A model generated the notes under the pieces. It was not told where the DNA came from. It was given only the letters and a program-made list of their open reading frames with translations, and searched no databases. 20,000 bases of DNA from an uncultured virus (IMG/VR IMGVR_UViG_3300042544_003642) (lineage: Duplodnaviria; Heunggongvirae; Uroviricota; Caudoviricetes), in IMG/VR virus record IMGVR_UViG_3300042544_003642; one strand, 5' to 3'. Shown here in pieces: positions 1 to 10,452 of this stretch (its first letter is position 1; each line of letters begins with the position of its first letter). The position numbers and the translations under genes were made by a program.

Positions 1-771
1 GTTGACCGCTGTACCAGGGACACCGTCTGGACCTGTGGGACCAAATGGGCCTGTATCTCCTGTAGCACCAGTGTTGACTGCTGTTCCTGGAGTACCTTGA
101 ACTCCAGTGGGACCAAAAGGTCCAGTGGGACCAGTGTCTCCTGTAGCGCCTGTGTTCACTGCTGTTCCTGGTGTTCCGTCTGGTCCAGTAGGCCCTTGGG
201 GTCCAGTTGCCCCTGTGTTTACAGCAAATCCAGGAATGCCTTGCGGTCCAGGAACGCCAGTGGGCCCTGTTCTTCCAGTAGGGCCTGTTGCTCCTGTGTT
301 AACACTACTACCTGCTACCCCGGTAGGCCCTTGGGGCCCAGTCTTGCCCAACGGTCCTGTTGCACCAGTGTTTACAGCGGTGCCAGGAGTGCCAGTTGGT
401 CCCATAGGTCCTGTTTTGCCTGTTGGACCAGTTGCACCAGTGTTTACAGCAGTGCCAGGACTGCCTGTTGGACCTTGAATGCCTTGCACACCAGTAGAGC
501 CTTTGGCACCTGTTGTGCCTGTTGGACCACTTGGTCCCCCATTAGGTCCTGTTGGGCCTACTGCCCCTGTAAATCCAGTAGCACCAATAAGACCAATAGG
601 CACCCACACAGTGCCATTGAATGTTTCCACCCAACCCAAGTCTGTATTGTATCTCACCATACCTGCAACACCAAGAGGGCGCTCAAGTGTTGTACCTTGC
701 GGTAGGCTCAGTGCAGCAGTGTTACCACTAACATCAAGAGAGCCTAATACGTTAAGTTTGCCAGTTTCCAT
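1..771 (-). CDS. Collagen-like (Gly-X-Y) virion fibre protein, 5' part (runs off left edge)
   Basis: Not in the ORF track; translated manually from ATG at 771. N-terminal [56 protein letters not shown] matches the LPxGTTxxRP...GMxRYNT...W phage fibre module, followed by GPT/GAT triplets still in frame at position 1 (…VPGTAVN). TAAATA motif 23 nt upstream. Confidence 0.88.
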   Translation of the reverse strand, partial: METGKLNVLGSLDVSGNTAALSLPQGTTLERPLGVAGMVRYNTDLGWVETFNGTVWVPIGLIGATGFTGAVGPTGPNGGPSGPTGTTGAKGSTGVQGIQGPTGSPGTAVNTGATGPTGKTGPMGPTGTPGTAVNTGATGPLGKTGPQGPTGVAGSSVNTGATGPTGRTGPTGVPGPQGIPGFAVNTGATGPQGPTGPDGTPGTAVNTGATGDTGPTGPFGPTGVQGTPGTAVNTGATGDTGPFGPTGPDGVPGTAVN

Positions 772-794
772 ACTATTCACCAAAAAGCTAGCCC

Positions 795-836
795 TATTTA
801 TTGGGAGCCTTAACCCAAGGTTAAGCACAGTAAATA
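795..836. promoter_or_regulatory. Divergent pair of TAAATA late-promoter-like motifs (795-800 minus; 831-836 plus)
   Basis: The motifs lie 23 and 22 nt upstream of the divergent starts at 771 and 859; the same motif recurs before eight other genes. Confidence 0.6.
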
Positions 837-858
837 TCTACAACCACTTGGGCCCACA

Positions 859-1062
859 ATGCATTTACTACACGAACTCAAAGAGACTTTCTCTCAACAA
901 AATTGGATCAAAAAGGTCTATGATTGTTGGCTTGTTGTTTGTTTTGTTTTGGCAATTCTTGCATTGTTTGGAGAAATCTCTCTACAAGCAATGAGTGTCT
1001 TGATGTTGCCTATGGTTGTAGTAGGCTACTTTGTAAGGCTAGTAGTTTATTTGAAGGGTTAA
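859..1062 (+). CDS. Small hypothetical membrane protein (two predicted TM segments)
   Basis: 67 aa ORF filling the gap between genes; hydrophobic stretches WLVVCFVLAILALFG and MSVLMLPMVVVGYFVRLVVYL; TAAATA upstream. Confidence 0.55.
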   Translation: MHLLHELKETFSQQNWIKKVYDCWLVVCFVLAILALFGEISLQAMSVLMLPMVVVGYFVRLVVYLKG

Positions 1063-1107
1063 CTATCCAAAAGGCAAGGATAGTGAACTGGTAGTGTAGG
1101 AATAGTC

Positions 1108-1145
1108 AAAAAAAGTTGGCTTGGAATCTAGTTCTCCAAGCCAAC
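1108..1145 (-). terminator. Rho-independent terminator downstream of dps
   Basis: Perfect 11-bp inverted repeat GTTGGCTTGGA (1115-1125) / TCCAAGCCAAC (1135-1145) with a 9-nt loop, followed on the minus strand by T7 (A7 at 1108-1114); 27 nt after the dps stop. Confidence 0.85.
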
Positions 1146-1172
1146 ATATCCTGGTCTTGAGTCCTAGCTGGG

Positions 1173-1619
1173 TTATTCTCTGTTTTGTTTTGTTGTCGCA
1201 CGTAACATCCAACCGTGCTTGGCATGCCTCTCTAGACGTCCTCCTAGGAAGTTGATAAGACCTTCATCATTGGAGATTTTGGCTTGCTCAACAGCTTTTT
1301 TCAGGCTGTCAATTACACGATCGTTGGTTTCCAGCAACTTGCTGACCATAGCACTGCTGGTGGGAATCTTGCTGTCATCTTCAACTGTAGCCAATTCTCC
1401 CAAACGACCAAAATTGAATGGCACATATTCATCTAGTGCACGGATCTTTTCAGCAATATCATCCACTGATGCCCAAAGCTCTTCGTAGATTTTTTGAAAC
1501 AACTTGTGGTATTCATAAAAATCTCTGCCTTCCACATTGAAATGATACTTGTGTGCTATCATATACATGGTGAAAGTGTCGGCCAATACAACTTTCATTG
1601 CGTTGCCTAAATCGCTCAT
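1173..1619 (-). CDS. dps: Dps / ferritin-like DNA protection protein
   Basis: Ferroxidase signature AHKYHFNVEGRDFYEYHKLFQKIYEELWASVDDIAEKIRAL and C-terminal KHGWML. Start placed at 1619 (GAGGA SD 7 nt upstream); 1637 is an alternative. Confidence 0.95.
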   Translation of the reverse strand: MSDLGNAMKVVLADTFTMYMIAHKYHFNVEGRDFYEYHKLFQKIYEELWASVDDIAEKIRALDEYVPFNFGRLGELATVEDDSKIPTSSAMVSKLLETNDRVIDSLKKAVEQAKISNDEGLINFLGGRLERHAKHGWMLRATTKQNRE

Positions 1620-1629
1620 TTGGTTTTCC

Positions 1630-2103
1630 TCAGTCATCGTTTTCCCTATTTATAAGGGTTGTTTCATAGTTCACACCCGCAGCCTTGAGCATGCTTTGAC
1701 TGACTTGAATTTGTTCACTCCATTTGGTAAAGAATATTCCTGTGGAGTCTAAACAAGCTTGGTCCACAATCAAGTGTGTTATGCCGCTTTGGATGATTGC
1801 TCGAGTGCAATCACAACAGGGCCAGTGTGTTACAACCAATGTACAATCGTCACAACTGATGCCGTTGCGTGCACACGCATAAACTACATTCCTCTCCGCA
1901 TGCTCAAACAGCCAGTTCTTTTGAGGTTTTTGCCACACATGGGGGTCACTGTCATCAATGTTGCGTGGTGGGCCATTGTAACCAAAGCCACGAGGATTGC
2001 GATTCTTGTCAAAAATTACAGCGCCAACTTTGATCTCATCTTTGCTCCAGCTGGCTACCTCATGTGCCAACCTTAACCATCTTTGATTCCATTTATGTGA
2101 CAT
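1630..2103 (-). CDS. dCMP deaminase (cytidine/deoxycytidylate deaminase family)
   Basis: Zn-binding motifs HAERN and WPCCDC, plus KVGAVI...GYNG and IIQSGI typical of dCMP deaminases. Confidence 0.93.
   Translation of the reverse strand: MSHKWNQRWLRLAHEVASWSKDEIKVGAVIFDKNRNPRGFGYNGPPRNIDDSDPHVWQKPQKNWLFEHAERNVVYACARNGISCDDCTLVVTHWPCCDCTRAIIQSGITHLIVDQACLDSTGIFFTKWSEQIQVSQSMLKAAGVNYETTLINRENDD
1647..1654 (-). promoter_or_regulatory. TATAAATA, exact T4-type late promoter consensus upstream of dps
   Basis: Plus strand tatttata at 1647-1654, inside the 3' end of the dCMP deaminase gene. Confidence 0.7.
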
Positions 2104-2128
2104 AACGCAAATATCCCTATATCATATG

Positions 2129-2157
2129 AGCTTAACTTAAATACGTCCCTAGTGCAA
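2129..2157 (-). promoter_or_regulatory. Sigma70-like promoter for dCMP deaminase (TTGCAC-N17-TAAGCT)
   Basis: -35 at 2152-2157, -10 at 2129-2134, 17-nt spacer; overlaps a plus-strand TAAATA (2138-2143) in front of the divergent HAD gene. Confidence 0.55.
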
Positions 2158-2168
2158 GGCCCTTTGAG

Positions 2169-2660
2169 ATGACCAAGATAGTGTTTTTAGACTTTGACGG
2201 CGTGTTATTACCTGATCCTGATGCTAGAGAGCAAGCAGAGCAGGGACTGACTACCAATAACTATCTCTCTAAAGTTGTATTCAATCCCAGTTGTGTGAAA
2301 AATTTGAATGCCTTGCTCAAGGCAACTCATGCTGAAATAGTTCTCAGCACAAGTTGGGCTGAGGGACACAGTGTTAGTGAAGTCAGCAATTGTCTCATGC
2401 GCAATGGTATTGATCCTTCCTGTATATTTGAATACGATGATCCCAGTGAAGGCAATTACATGACTCCTAGACAGCAAGGGTCAAATCGGGGTCAAGAAGT
2501 TTTGAACTGGATTGCTGATCATCCTGAGATTGACACTTGGGTAGCAATAGATGACAACCCAGCCATCTTGTATTTGAAAACCAATTATGTGAGAACACAT
2601 CCTGATCATGGTTTTGACAAAGCCAGCTTAGCAAAAGCCTTGAGCATTTTGAACAAATAA
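2169..2660 (+). CDS. HAD-superfamily phosphatase (HAD_SAK_2, Swiss-Army-Knife RNA-repair type)
   Basis: Motif I FLDFDGVL, motif II IVLSTSW, RGQEV..W, motif IV VAIDD. Confidence 0.85.
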   Translation: MTKIVFLDFDGVLLPDPDAREQAEQGLTTNNYLSKVVFNPSCVKNLNALLKATHAEIVLSTSWAEGHSVSEVSNCLMRNGIDPSCIFEYDDPSEGNYMTPRQQGSNRGQEVLNWIADHPEIDTWVAIDDNPAILYLKTNYVRTHPDHGFDKASLAKALSILNK

Positions 2661-2706
2661 TCTACTTAAATAATAACTGTAAATTATCCTAGGGAAAGCA
2701 GGCATT

Positions 2707-3120
2707 ATGGTAGGGTTTGTAACAAACAATGGTATTTCATATGCAGGACAGCATCTTTTGATTGACTTGTATGACTGTCAACAGCATGGTACCCTTAACG
2801 AAATTCAAGAAGTTATGGAAGACAGTTGTAAGGCTACAGGCGCAACTGTGCTGTTTTCATATCTGCACCCCTTTGATGGAGGAGGGGTAAGTGGTGCTGT
2901 GATATTAGCTGAATCCCATGAATCCATCCATACCTGGCCTGAATCAAAATTCGTTAGCTTGGATATTTTTGTGTGCGGCAATTGTGATCCGCATCAGGCA
3001 GTACCTATACTACAGAAATGGTTCAAGCCAGCATATTCTTCAATCAAGATGGAATTGCGGGGCATTGTGAAGCCAAATAAACTGCCTGTTGACATAAAGC
3101 AGTTTTGTCCTCATACATAA
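2707..3120 (+). CDS. speD: Pyruvoyl-dependent S-adenosylmethionine decarboxylase proenzyme (class 1B SpeD/SpeH-like)
   Basis: GQHLLIDLYDC; GGVSGAVILAE/SHESIHTWPE self-cleavage motif; LDIFVCG. TAAATA at 2667-2672. Confidence 0.93.
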   Translation: MVGFVTNNGISYAGQHLLIDLYDCQQHGTLNEIQEVMEDSCKATGATVLFSYLHPFDGGGVSGAVILAESHESIHTWPESKFVSLDIFVCGNCDPHQAVPILQKWFKPAYSSIKMELRGIVKPNKLPVDIKQFCPHT

Positions 3121-3122
3121 TT
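3089..3122 (+). promoter_or_regulatory. Sigma70-like -35 (TTGACA) 28 nt before the ATG of the WGR-like gene; possible leaderless promoter
   Basis: TTGACA at 3089-3094; weak -10; no SD before ATG 3123. Confidence 0.35.
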
Positions 3123-3434
3123 ATGTTTGAATCAATAACGTTTTTGGAAGTATTGCAGTTCAGAGAGGAACGAAGTGACAAACTGTGGGGTCGTTTTCAA
3201 CTTGACGATGATACTTGGCATGTATTCTGGTGTGCCTGGAAAGGCAGCAGCAGTTTCAAAACACATGGTGTTGGCTGGGAAGGTATGATTGGCTCACAGC
3301 GATCCAAAAACACTAAGTTGAAAAAAGGTTACAAAACAATTGACTACCAGGAAGTTGTCAAAGACTGGCCTGAATTTCCCACTATGATGTTGGAAAGATT
3401 CACTTGGCACAAATTGCTGAGCTCTGCAATTTAA
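3123..3434 (+). CDS. WGR-like domain protein
   Basis: SDKLWG...FWCAWKG...KLKKGYK resembles the WGR pattern (S.K.W ... WGR.G ... K.KKGY); ATG at 3123 preferred over TTG 3105. Confidence 0.6.
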   Translation: MFESITFLEVLQFREERSDKLWGRFQLDDDTWHVFWCAWKGSSSFKTHGVGWEGMIGSQRSKNTKLKKGYKTIDYQEVVKDWPEFPTMMLERFTWHKLLSSAI

Positions 3435-3454
3435 ATACAAGAAAAGGATACCCC

Positions 3455-4000
3455 ATGAGCTTACGAAATCATATTTGTTTAGTAGAGGCTGCATCTCTCA
3501 TAGAGCCTATCAAGATCACTAAGCTGCCTTATGGATTGAAAGATCTTGAACCAGCAATGAGTGAGCACAGCGTAGATGTGCATTACAATATTTTAACAAA
3601 AAACTACTTCAAGAAGTACAAAGCCACTGGTGACTTGTTTCAAAAAGCAGGTGCCCTATTACACAATGACTTCTTTTGGCCACTAATGCAACCTTATTCA
3701 AAAAACAACCAACCCGGTAATGCATTGGAAAAAAAGATCTCATCAACGCACGGAACCTTAGATGCGTTCAAGAAAGCTGTGGTAGATGCAGCGTTGACTA
3801 TCCAAGGCAATGGTTGGGTATTGATAATGGAAGATTTACAAATACAAACCATCCAGAACCATGTTTTGAAACCTGGAATTGCCATGGCAATAGACCTTTG
3901 GGAACACACTACAGTTGATTACGATTTCAATCGGGAAAAGTTTTTCACGGAGTTTTGGAATGTAGTGAACTGGGATCACTTGGAACTCAAAATCAAATGA
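3455..4000 (+). CDS. sod: Fe/Mn superoxide dismutase, divergent
   Basis: LPYGLKDLEPAMS..H, GALLHNDFFW, QGNGWV, IDLWEH, FWNVVNW; four metal ligands (H,H,D,H) retained. Start 3455 after AAAGGA SD and TAAATA (3432-3437). Confidence 0.92.
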   Translation: MSLRNHICLVEAASLIEPIKITKLPYGLKDLEPAMSEHSVDVHYNILTKNYFKKYKATGDLFQKAGALLHNDFFWPLMQPYSKNNQPGNALEKKISSTHGTLDAFKKAVVDAALTIQGNGWVLIMEDLQIQTIQNHVLKPGIAMAIDLWEHTTVDYDFNREKFFTEFWNVVNWDHLELKIK

Positions 4001-4329
4001 AATCTGTAATAAACTTAACACCATCAGCTGAGCAGCACATAGATCTCATATTGTCTGAGGCAGTCCAAACAGTGTTCGTAATAGGCCTTGACAACAAAGG
4101 CTGTTCCGGACATAGTTACGTTTATGAACTGTGTAATAATGATCAACTATCTAAATTTGATGAAACTATTGAAATTACAAATGGCACTATTGCCATCAAA
4201 GCTGATAGTGTAATGAAATTATTGGGCAGCACATTGGGCTTGGAAAGCGATTTATTTGGCAAAAAGTTTGTTTGGACCAATCCTCATGTATCTAACACCT
4301 GTGGCTGTGGCAAAAGTGTGAGTTTTTAA
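3997..4329 (+). CDS. iscA: IscA/SufA/HesB-type Fe-S cluster carrier
   Basis: INLTPSA, KGCSGHSY, C-terminal NPHVSNTCGCGKS; ATGA overlap with the sod stop. Confidence 0.92.
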   Translation: MKSVINLTPSAEQHIDLILSEAVQTVFVIGLDNKGCSGHSYVYELCNNDQLSKFDETIEITNGTIAIKADSVMKLLGSTLGLESDLFGKKFVWTNPHVSNTCGCGKSVSF

Positions 4330-4334
4330 CTTAG

Positions 4335-4940
4335 ATGATCAAAACAAACTATTCCAGTAAACTGTTTTTTGGAAAGTATAGCACCAAAATTACGGTGTCA
4401 ACTGTTGTACCCAGCAAAAAAAGATATAATTATGGATATCCAAAACCACCTGAGGTTTTTGTTATACACGACTGGTGCAAAGATAACTTTGAAGAAAGCT
4501 ATCTAATAAAAGATCATTTCATCAAGACCACCAATGATCTTCAATATCATCAAATGGTTTATACGTCTAGCCTTGTGGACAAAAACAAATTAATTTTGGA
4601 ATTTGGAACCAGGATACTTGAAATAACACAACCGTTGAACTTGGATCACGAAAAATCTCTCGATGTAAGAAATCTTGTGGTAGTCAGAAAAAATCTCCTG
4701 TTCAACAAATACAAATATAGTGTCTACTTCAAATATGACCCAACTCATGAAACTTGGGACTGGCTCAAAAACTTTTTCCAAGATGAAACTGATTACAAGC
4801 TTGTGCCTAGCTCTAATGATATAACCTCATACCCAGTTTGGCCCCGAATTTATTTGACTGATGACACTCACCTCATGAGTTTGAAACTCATGTGGCAGGA
4901 ACGCATTGATTACATCAAATCTGTAGAGTTACTGCCCTAA
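4335..4940 (+). CDS. Hypothetical phage protein
   Basis: 201 aa ORF, 5 nt after iscA and co-oriented; no recognisable catalytic motif. Confidence 0.75.
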   Translation: MIKTNYSSKLFFGKYSTKITVSTVVPSKKRYNYGYPKPPEVFVIHDWCKDNFEESYLIKDHFIKTTNDLQYHQMVYTSSLVDKNKLILEFGTRILEITQPLNLDHEKSLDVRNLVVVRKNLLFNKYKYSVYFKYDPTHETWDWLKNFFQDETDYKLVPSSNDITSYPVWPRIYLTDDTHLMSLKLMWQERIDYIKSVELLP

Positions 4941-4993
4941 ACCTGTTTTCACAATAGCCTTAAATATTGGTAATCAAAAATAATGGATTACCA

Positions 4994-7900
4994 ATGACGT
5001 CTTATCCTTTTTGGGTTACAGAAGGTCTGCTACCAAGCAGAAGTGAGGGCTATAGCTACAGCAGTAACCCAGAAATACTGTCTTATGGAGAAACTCTAGA
5101 TCTTCCCTGCAATGTAAGCATTCCTCCAATAAATGGAAGTTTGCCTCCTGGCACACGTTTGGAATTTATCAACAGTCAAATTGAGATTTTAGGACAGATT
5201 TCAGGAGTTGTGGGCACACAAACTTTTAGTTTTACACTCCGACTAAACAACGGCACATTTTCAACTGATCGCACATTTTACATAACTGCTACAAATAGTG
5301 TTGACATTCTGGAATGGCAGACCACCAATACAAGTGTTTTGGGCTACTATTATCAATCTGAACCACAAGAATTCGTAGTGGCTGCCCAAAATACACCTTT
5401 GAAATCCATTACCTACAGCTTTCCTCCTGTTATTACCTGGAGCCAAGGAGTTTCTATTGAAGCGCAAACAGGCTTGGTCACTGTTGACCTGTCTTGGAAA
5501 CCCACTTCGTTGTATTCAATAATTGATTATGTTTTTAACAATGGCTATTTGTATAAGTGTACAGTGCCTGGAAAGAGCGGGATAGCCAATGGTCCTTATG
5601 TTTCTGGACTGAATATAGTAGACAGCATTGACCCGCCTTGGCAGCCCAATACTTATTATGTAATAAACCAAATTGTGTCAAATGACACTGGAAAACTCTA
5701 CGTGTGTTTGGCAAGTGGGTTCAGTGCACCTGCTGGTGGTCCCACAGGCACAGGAGGATATATTCCTGACGGATACCCTACTGCCTGGCAATACATTGCC
5801 CAAGCTGCTGTGTGGGACCAAGTAACACCTGGCACAATTGACTCGCTTGATTTCACAATTATTGCATCAACCAACACTAAAACCATTTCTCAGGTGTTTT
5901 CAGTAGGGTTGATAAGTCCCCCACATGCGCCTATTTGGATTACTCCCTCAGGAAGCTTAGGCACTATTGCGCCTGGCACTAATTTTAATTTTCCTTTGAT
6001 AGTATTTGAACCAGACTTGCAGAGCGTAGCTTTCTCTAGCGTAAACCTGCCTCCTTGGTTAAATCTCAGCATTCTTGGAGAGCTCTGGGGGCAGGCGCCT
6101 AATGTCTCTATTACCACTGTGTATTCGTTTACAGTGATTGCAAGTGATGGTACAAATGCAATACCGCAAAACTTTTTTGTTACAGTGGCACAAGATGCCA
6201 AACAAATCACTTGGATAACACCAAATGATTTGGGCTCCGTAAATGACGGTGAATTCAGTAGCATACAATTTCAAGCCATTACAACTAGGCCTGGAGCTAG
6301 CATACAATACGGTCTCAGGGGTGGCAATATACCTCCCTACACTATAGTAGTGAGTGAAACCGGCATGCTAAGTGGTTTTGTGGAGTATCATGCTGTTTCC
6401 AAAACATATTATTTTGAAGTAAGTGCTGGAGACGGTGTAGATGTAGCTATTCAATGGTTCCGTCTAACAGTCCAAAGTCAGAATCTTGAACATTATATGA
6501 GCATACAGATTCCCATAACAGGCACAAACAAACTGGACTTTATTATCAATAACAGCACCAGCCTAATGCCACCTGAATATCTGTTTAGAGAGGCTGATAA
6601 AAATTGGAGTCGAAATGACAGTCCAGCAGTCTCTATTATAAATGGTTTAAATTATCAAAATGTTTCAACTGTTAGAGATGCTATTAGCAATTATTTGACA
6701 GAGTTTAAGCTGGGTTATGGCAACGTTTATGTAAGTGAAGGCAATCAACTGCCGTATCAAACATTATTTGTTGCTGTAAAAGATGCGAACAGTAATAGGA
6801 CTTGGACTCCCTTTTCATTTTATCATAGTAATGAAAGAGTAAGCACTAGCACCGGACTGCAACTTGTAGCTAGTGTTAGTGGAAAGAGTGGAGATTTTCC
6901 TGAACCCACCACACCTGGTGCTGATGGATCAGTAGTTTGGCAGCTGGTTGCCTTCCCTAACATCGCTACTAGCCGTTTGTTACCATTGCCTTGGTATCCC
7001 CAGCACAGATATCAAACACAACAAACAATTGTAAATCAAGACCTACTTTTGACTGCACAAACCACTGGTTGGTCAGCAGGTGGGCTAGGACCTTCAGGAA
7101 CAGCCATTCCCATAATAGATAATCAAGTTGTTTGGCTCAAACAAAACAAACAAGGTCCTAATCAAGCTTTTCCAGCCAGTGTCTATAATATCCGGCAAAC
7201 AACAGAAAGATTGTTTGGGTTTTCCAACGCCAAAGGCTCTGGGGCACAAGCAACTGCATCAGTGAACTTGAGCAGTGGTGCATTGACAAACATAGCAGTA
7301 AATTCCTCTGGAACAGGATATTATAGTCAACCCAAAATCTCTGTTATTGGACAAGGCTCGGGCGCACAAGTAGTGGGATATCTAGGTTTGCAGAGCGGTA
7401 CTATTGAAAGCTCAACACCTGGATTCTTAGCTGACCAAGAGTTTGAAGTGAAAGTCGGCTCAGCAGTAAATCAACAATTTGGCAAAATAAAAATAGTCAG
7501 CGTAAACAACATAGGTGTAGTAACCAGTATTCAAGTAACAGTTCCTGGACTTTTTTCGCATTTTCCCAAAGGGAACATTACATTTTTCAATGGTACAAAA
7601 AACTTTGCAGTATTATTTGATTTAGGGGTATCAACAGTCTCTATATTGAGCCCTGGGCAAGGATATCAGTCAGGAGCATTTATTGATTTTTCAGGAACAG
7701 AATTACTGCCTTCTTGGCAAGAAGTTTGGGCAGACAATTTTGTATTATCAGTTCCGTTGGCGGAAGTCTCAGATTCTGGAGCAGAGTGGTTTAAAAACAA
7801 TCCTTTTCCTGTAAATCCTTACGATGGTAACTTGATTGAAGTCAAACAAGTGGAGTTGACTGTTCAAGGCATTGTTTGGACTGGATCTACAACTTTTGAT

Positions 7901-8176
7901 GAGGATACTATGACTTGGGATGTTGGCCAAACAGCCTTGGTAGAGTATGAACCCGCTAGCGAGACAGTGTTTGATAACAATACAACTTATTTTGACGAGT
8001 TTACAACTGAGTTTGACTTTGTGAACAACACTAATATTCCCTTTAGCCAGGTAATATTTGATGAAAACAAGACTATTTTTGATTATTATAGCACTGTGTT
8101 CAATCAAAGGGCCTCAGTGACAGCAAGCAGGTTCTCTAGGACATGGGTTTTGAATTTTGGGAAACCTTGGCAATAA
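4994..8176 (+). CDS. Large virion structural protein, baseplate wedge-like, with Ig-like repeats and CBM5/12-like inserts
   Basis: Repeated P.W.T..G.LG / GSLPPG / FTVIASDG Ig-like modules, GTGY/GQGY beta repeats, C-terminal TxFD repeats. ATG 4994 preferred (TAAATA at 4961-4966). Confidence 0.75.
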   Translation: MTSYPFWVTEGLLPSRSEGYSYSSNPEILSYGETLDLPCNVSIPPINGSLPPGTRLEFINSQIEILGQISGVVGTQTFSFTLRLNNGTFSTDRTFYITATNSVDILEWQTTNTSVLGYYYQSEPQEFVVAAQNTPLKSITYSFPPVITWSQGVSIEAQTGLVTVDLSWKPTSLYSIIDYVFNNGYLYKCTVPGKSGIANGPYVSGLNIVDSIDPPWQPNTYYVINQIVSNDTGKLYVCLASGFSAPAGGPTGTGGYIPDGYPTAWQYIAQAAVWDQVTPGTIDSLDFTIIASTNTKTISQVFSVGLISPPHAPIWITPSGSLGTIAPGTNFNFPLIVFEPDLQSVAFSSVNLPPWLNLSILGELWGQAPNVSITTVYSFTVIASDGTNAIPQNFFVTVAQDAKQITWITPNDLGSVNDGEFSSIQFQAITTRPGASIQYGLRGGNIPPYTIVVSETGMLSGFVEYHAVSKTYYFEVSAGDGVDVAIQWFRLTVQSQNLEHYMSIQIPITGTNKLDFIINNSTSLMPPEYLFREADKNWSRNDSPAVSIINGLNYQNVSTVRDAISNYLTEFKLGYGNVYVSEGNQLPYQTLFVAVKDANSNRTWTPFSFYHSNERVSTSTGLQLVASVSGKSGDFPEPTTPGADGSVVWQLVAFPNIATSRLLPLPWYPQHRYQTQQTIVNQDLLLTAQTTGWSAGGLGPSGTAIPIIDNQVVWLKQNKQGPNQAFPASVYNIRQTTERLFGFSNAKGSGAQATASVNLSSGALTNIAVNSSGTGYYSQPKISVIGQGSGAQVVGYLGLQSGTIESSTPGFLADQEFEVKVGSAVNQQFGKIKIVSVNNIGVVTSIQVTVPGLFSHFPKGNITFFNGTKNFAVLFDLGVSTVSILSPGQGYQSGAFIDFSGTELLPSWQEVWADNFVLSVPLAEVSDSGAEWFKNNPFPVNPYDGNLIEVKQVELTVQGIVWTGSTTFDEDTMTWDVGQTALVEYEPASETVFDNNTTYFDEFTTEFDFVNNTNIPFSQVIFDENKTIFDYYSTVFNQRASVTASRFSRTWVLNFGKPWQ

Positions 8177-8208
8177 TGATCCGTTAAATAGCGCAGATAT
8201 TTTTGTGA

Positions 8209-10451
<2,243 letters not shown>

Positions 10452-10452
<1 letters not shown>

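Noticed and set aside
97..994. Plus-strand ORFs 97-705, 107-478 and 479-994
   Set aside because: Shadows of the minus-strand collagen gene starting at 771, which the track missed because its stop lies outside the window.
1063..1172. Possible small RNA or tRNA in the intergenic gap
   Set aside because: The only clear structure is the terminator hairpin; no cloverleaf or T-loop motif seen.
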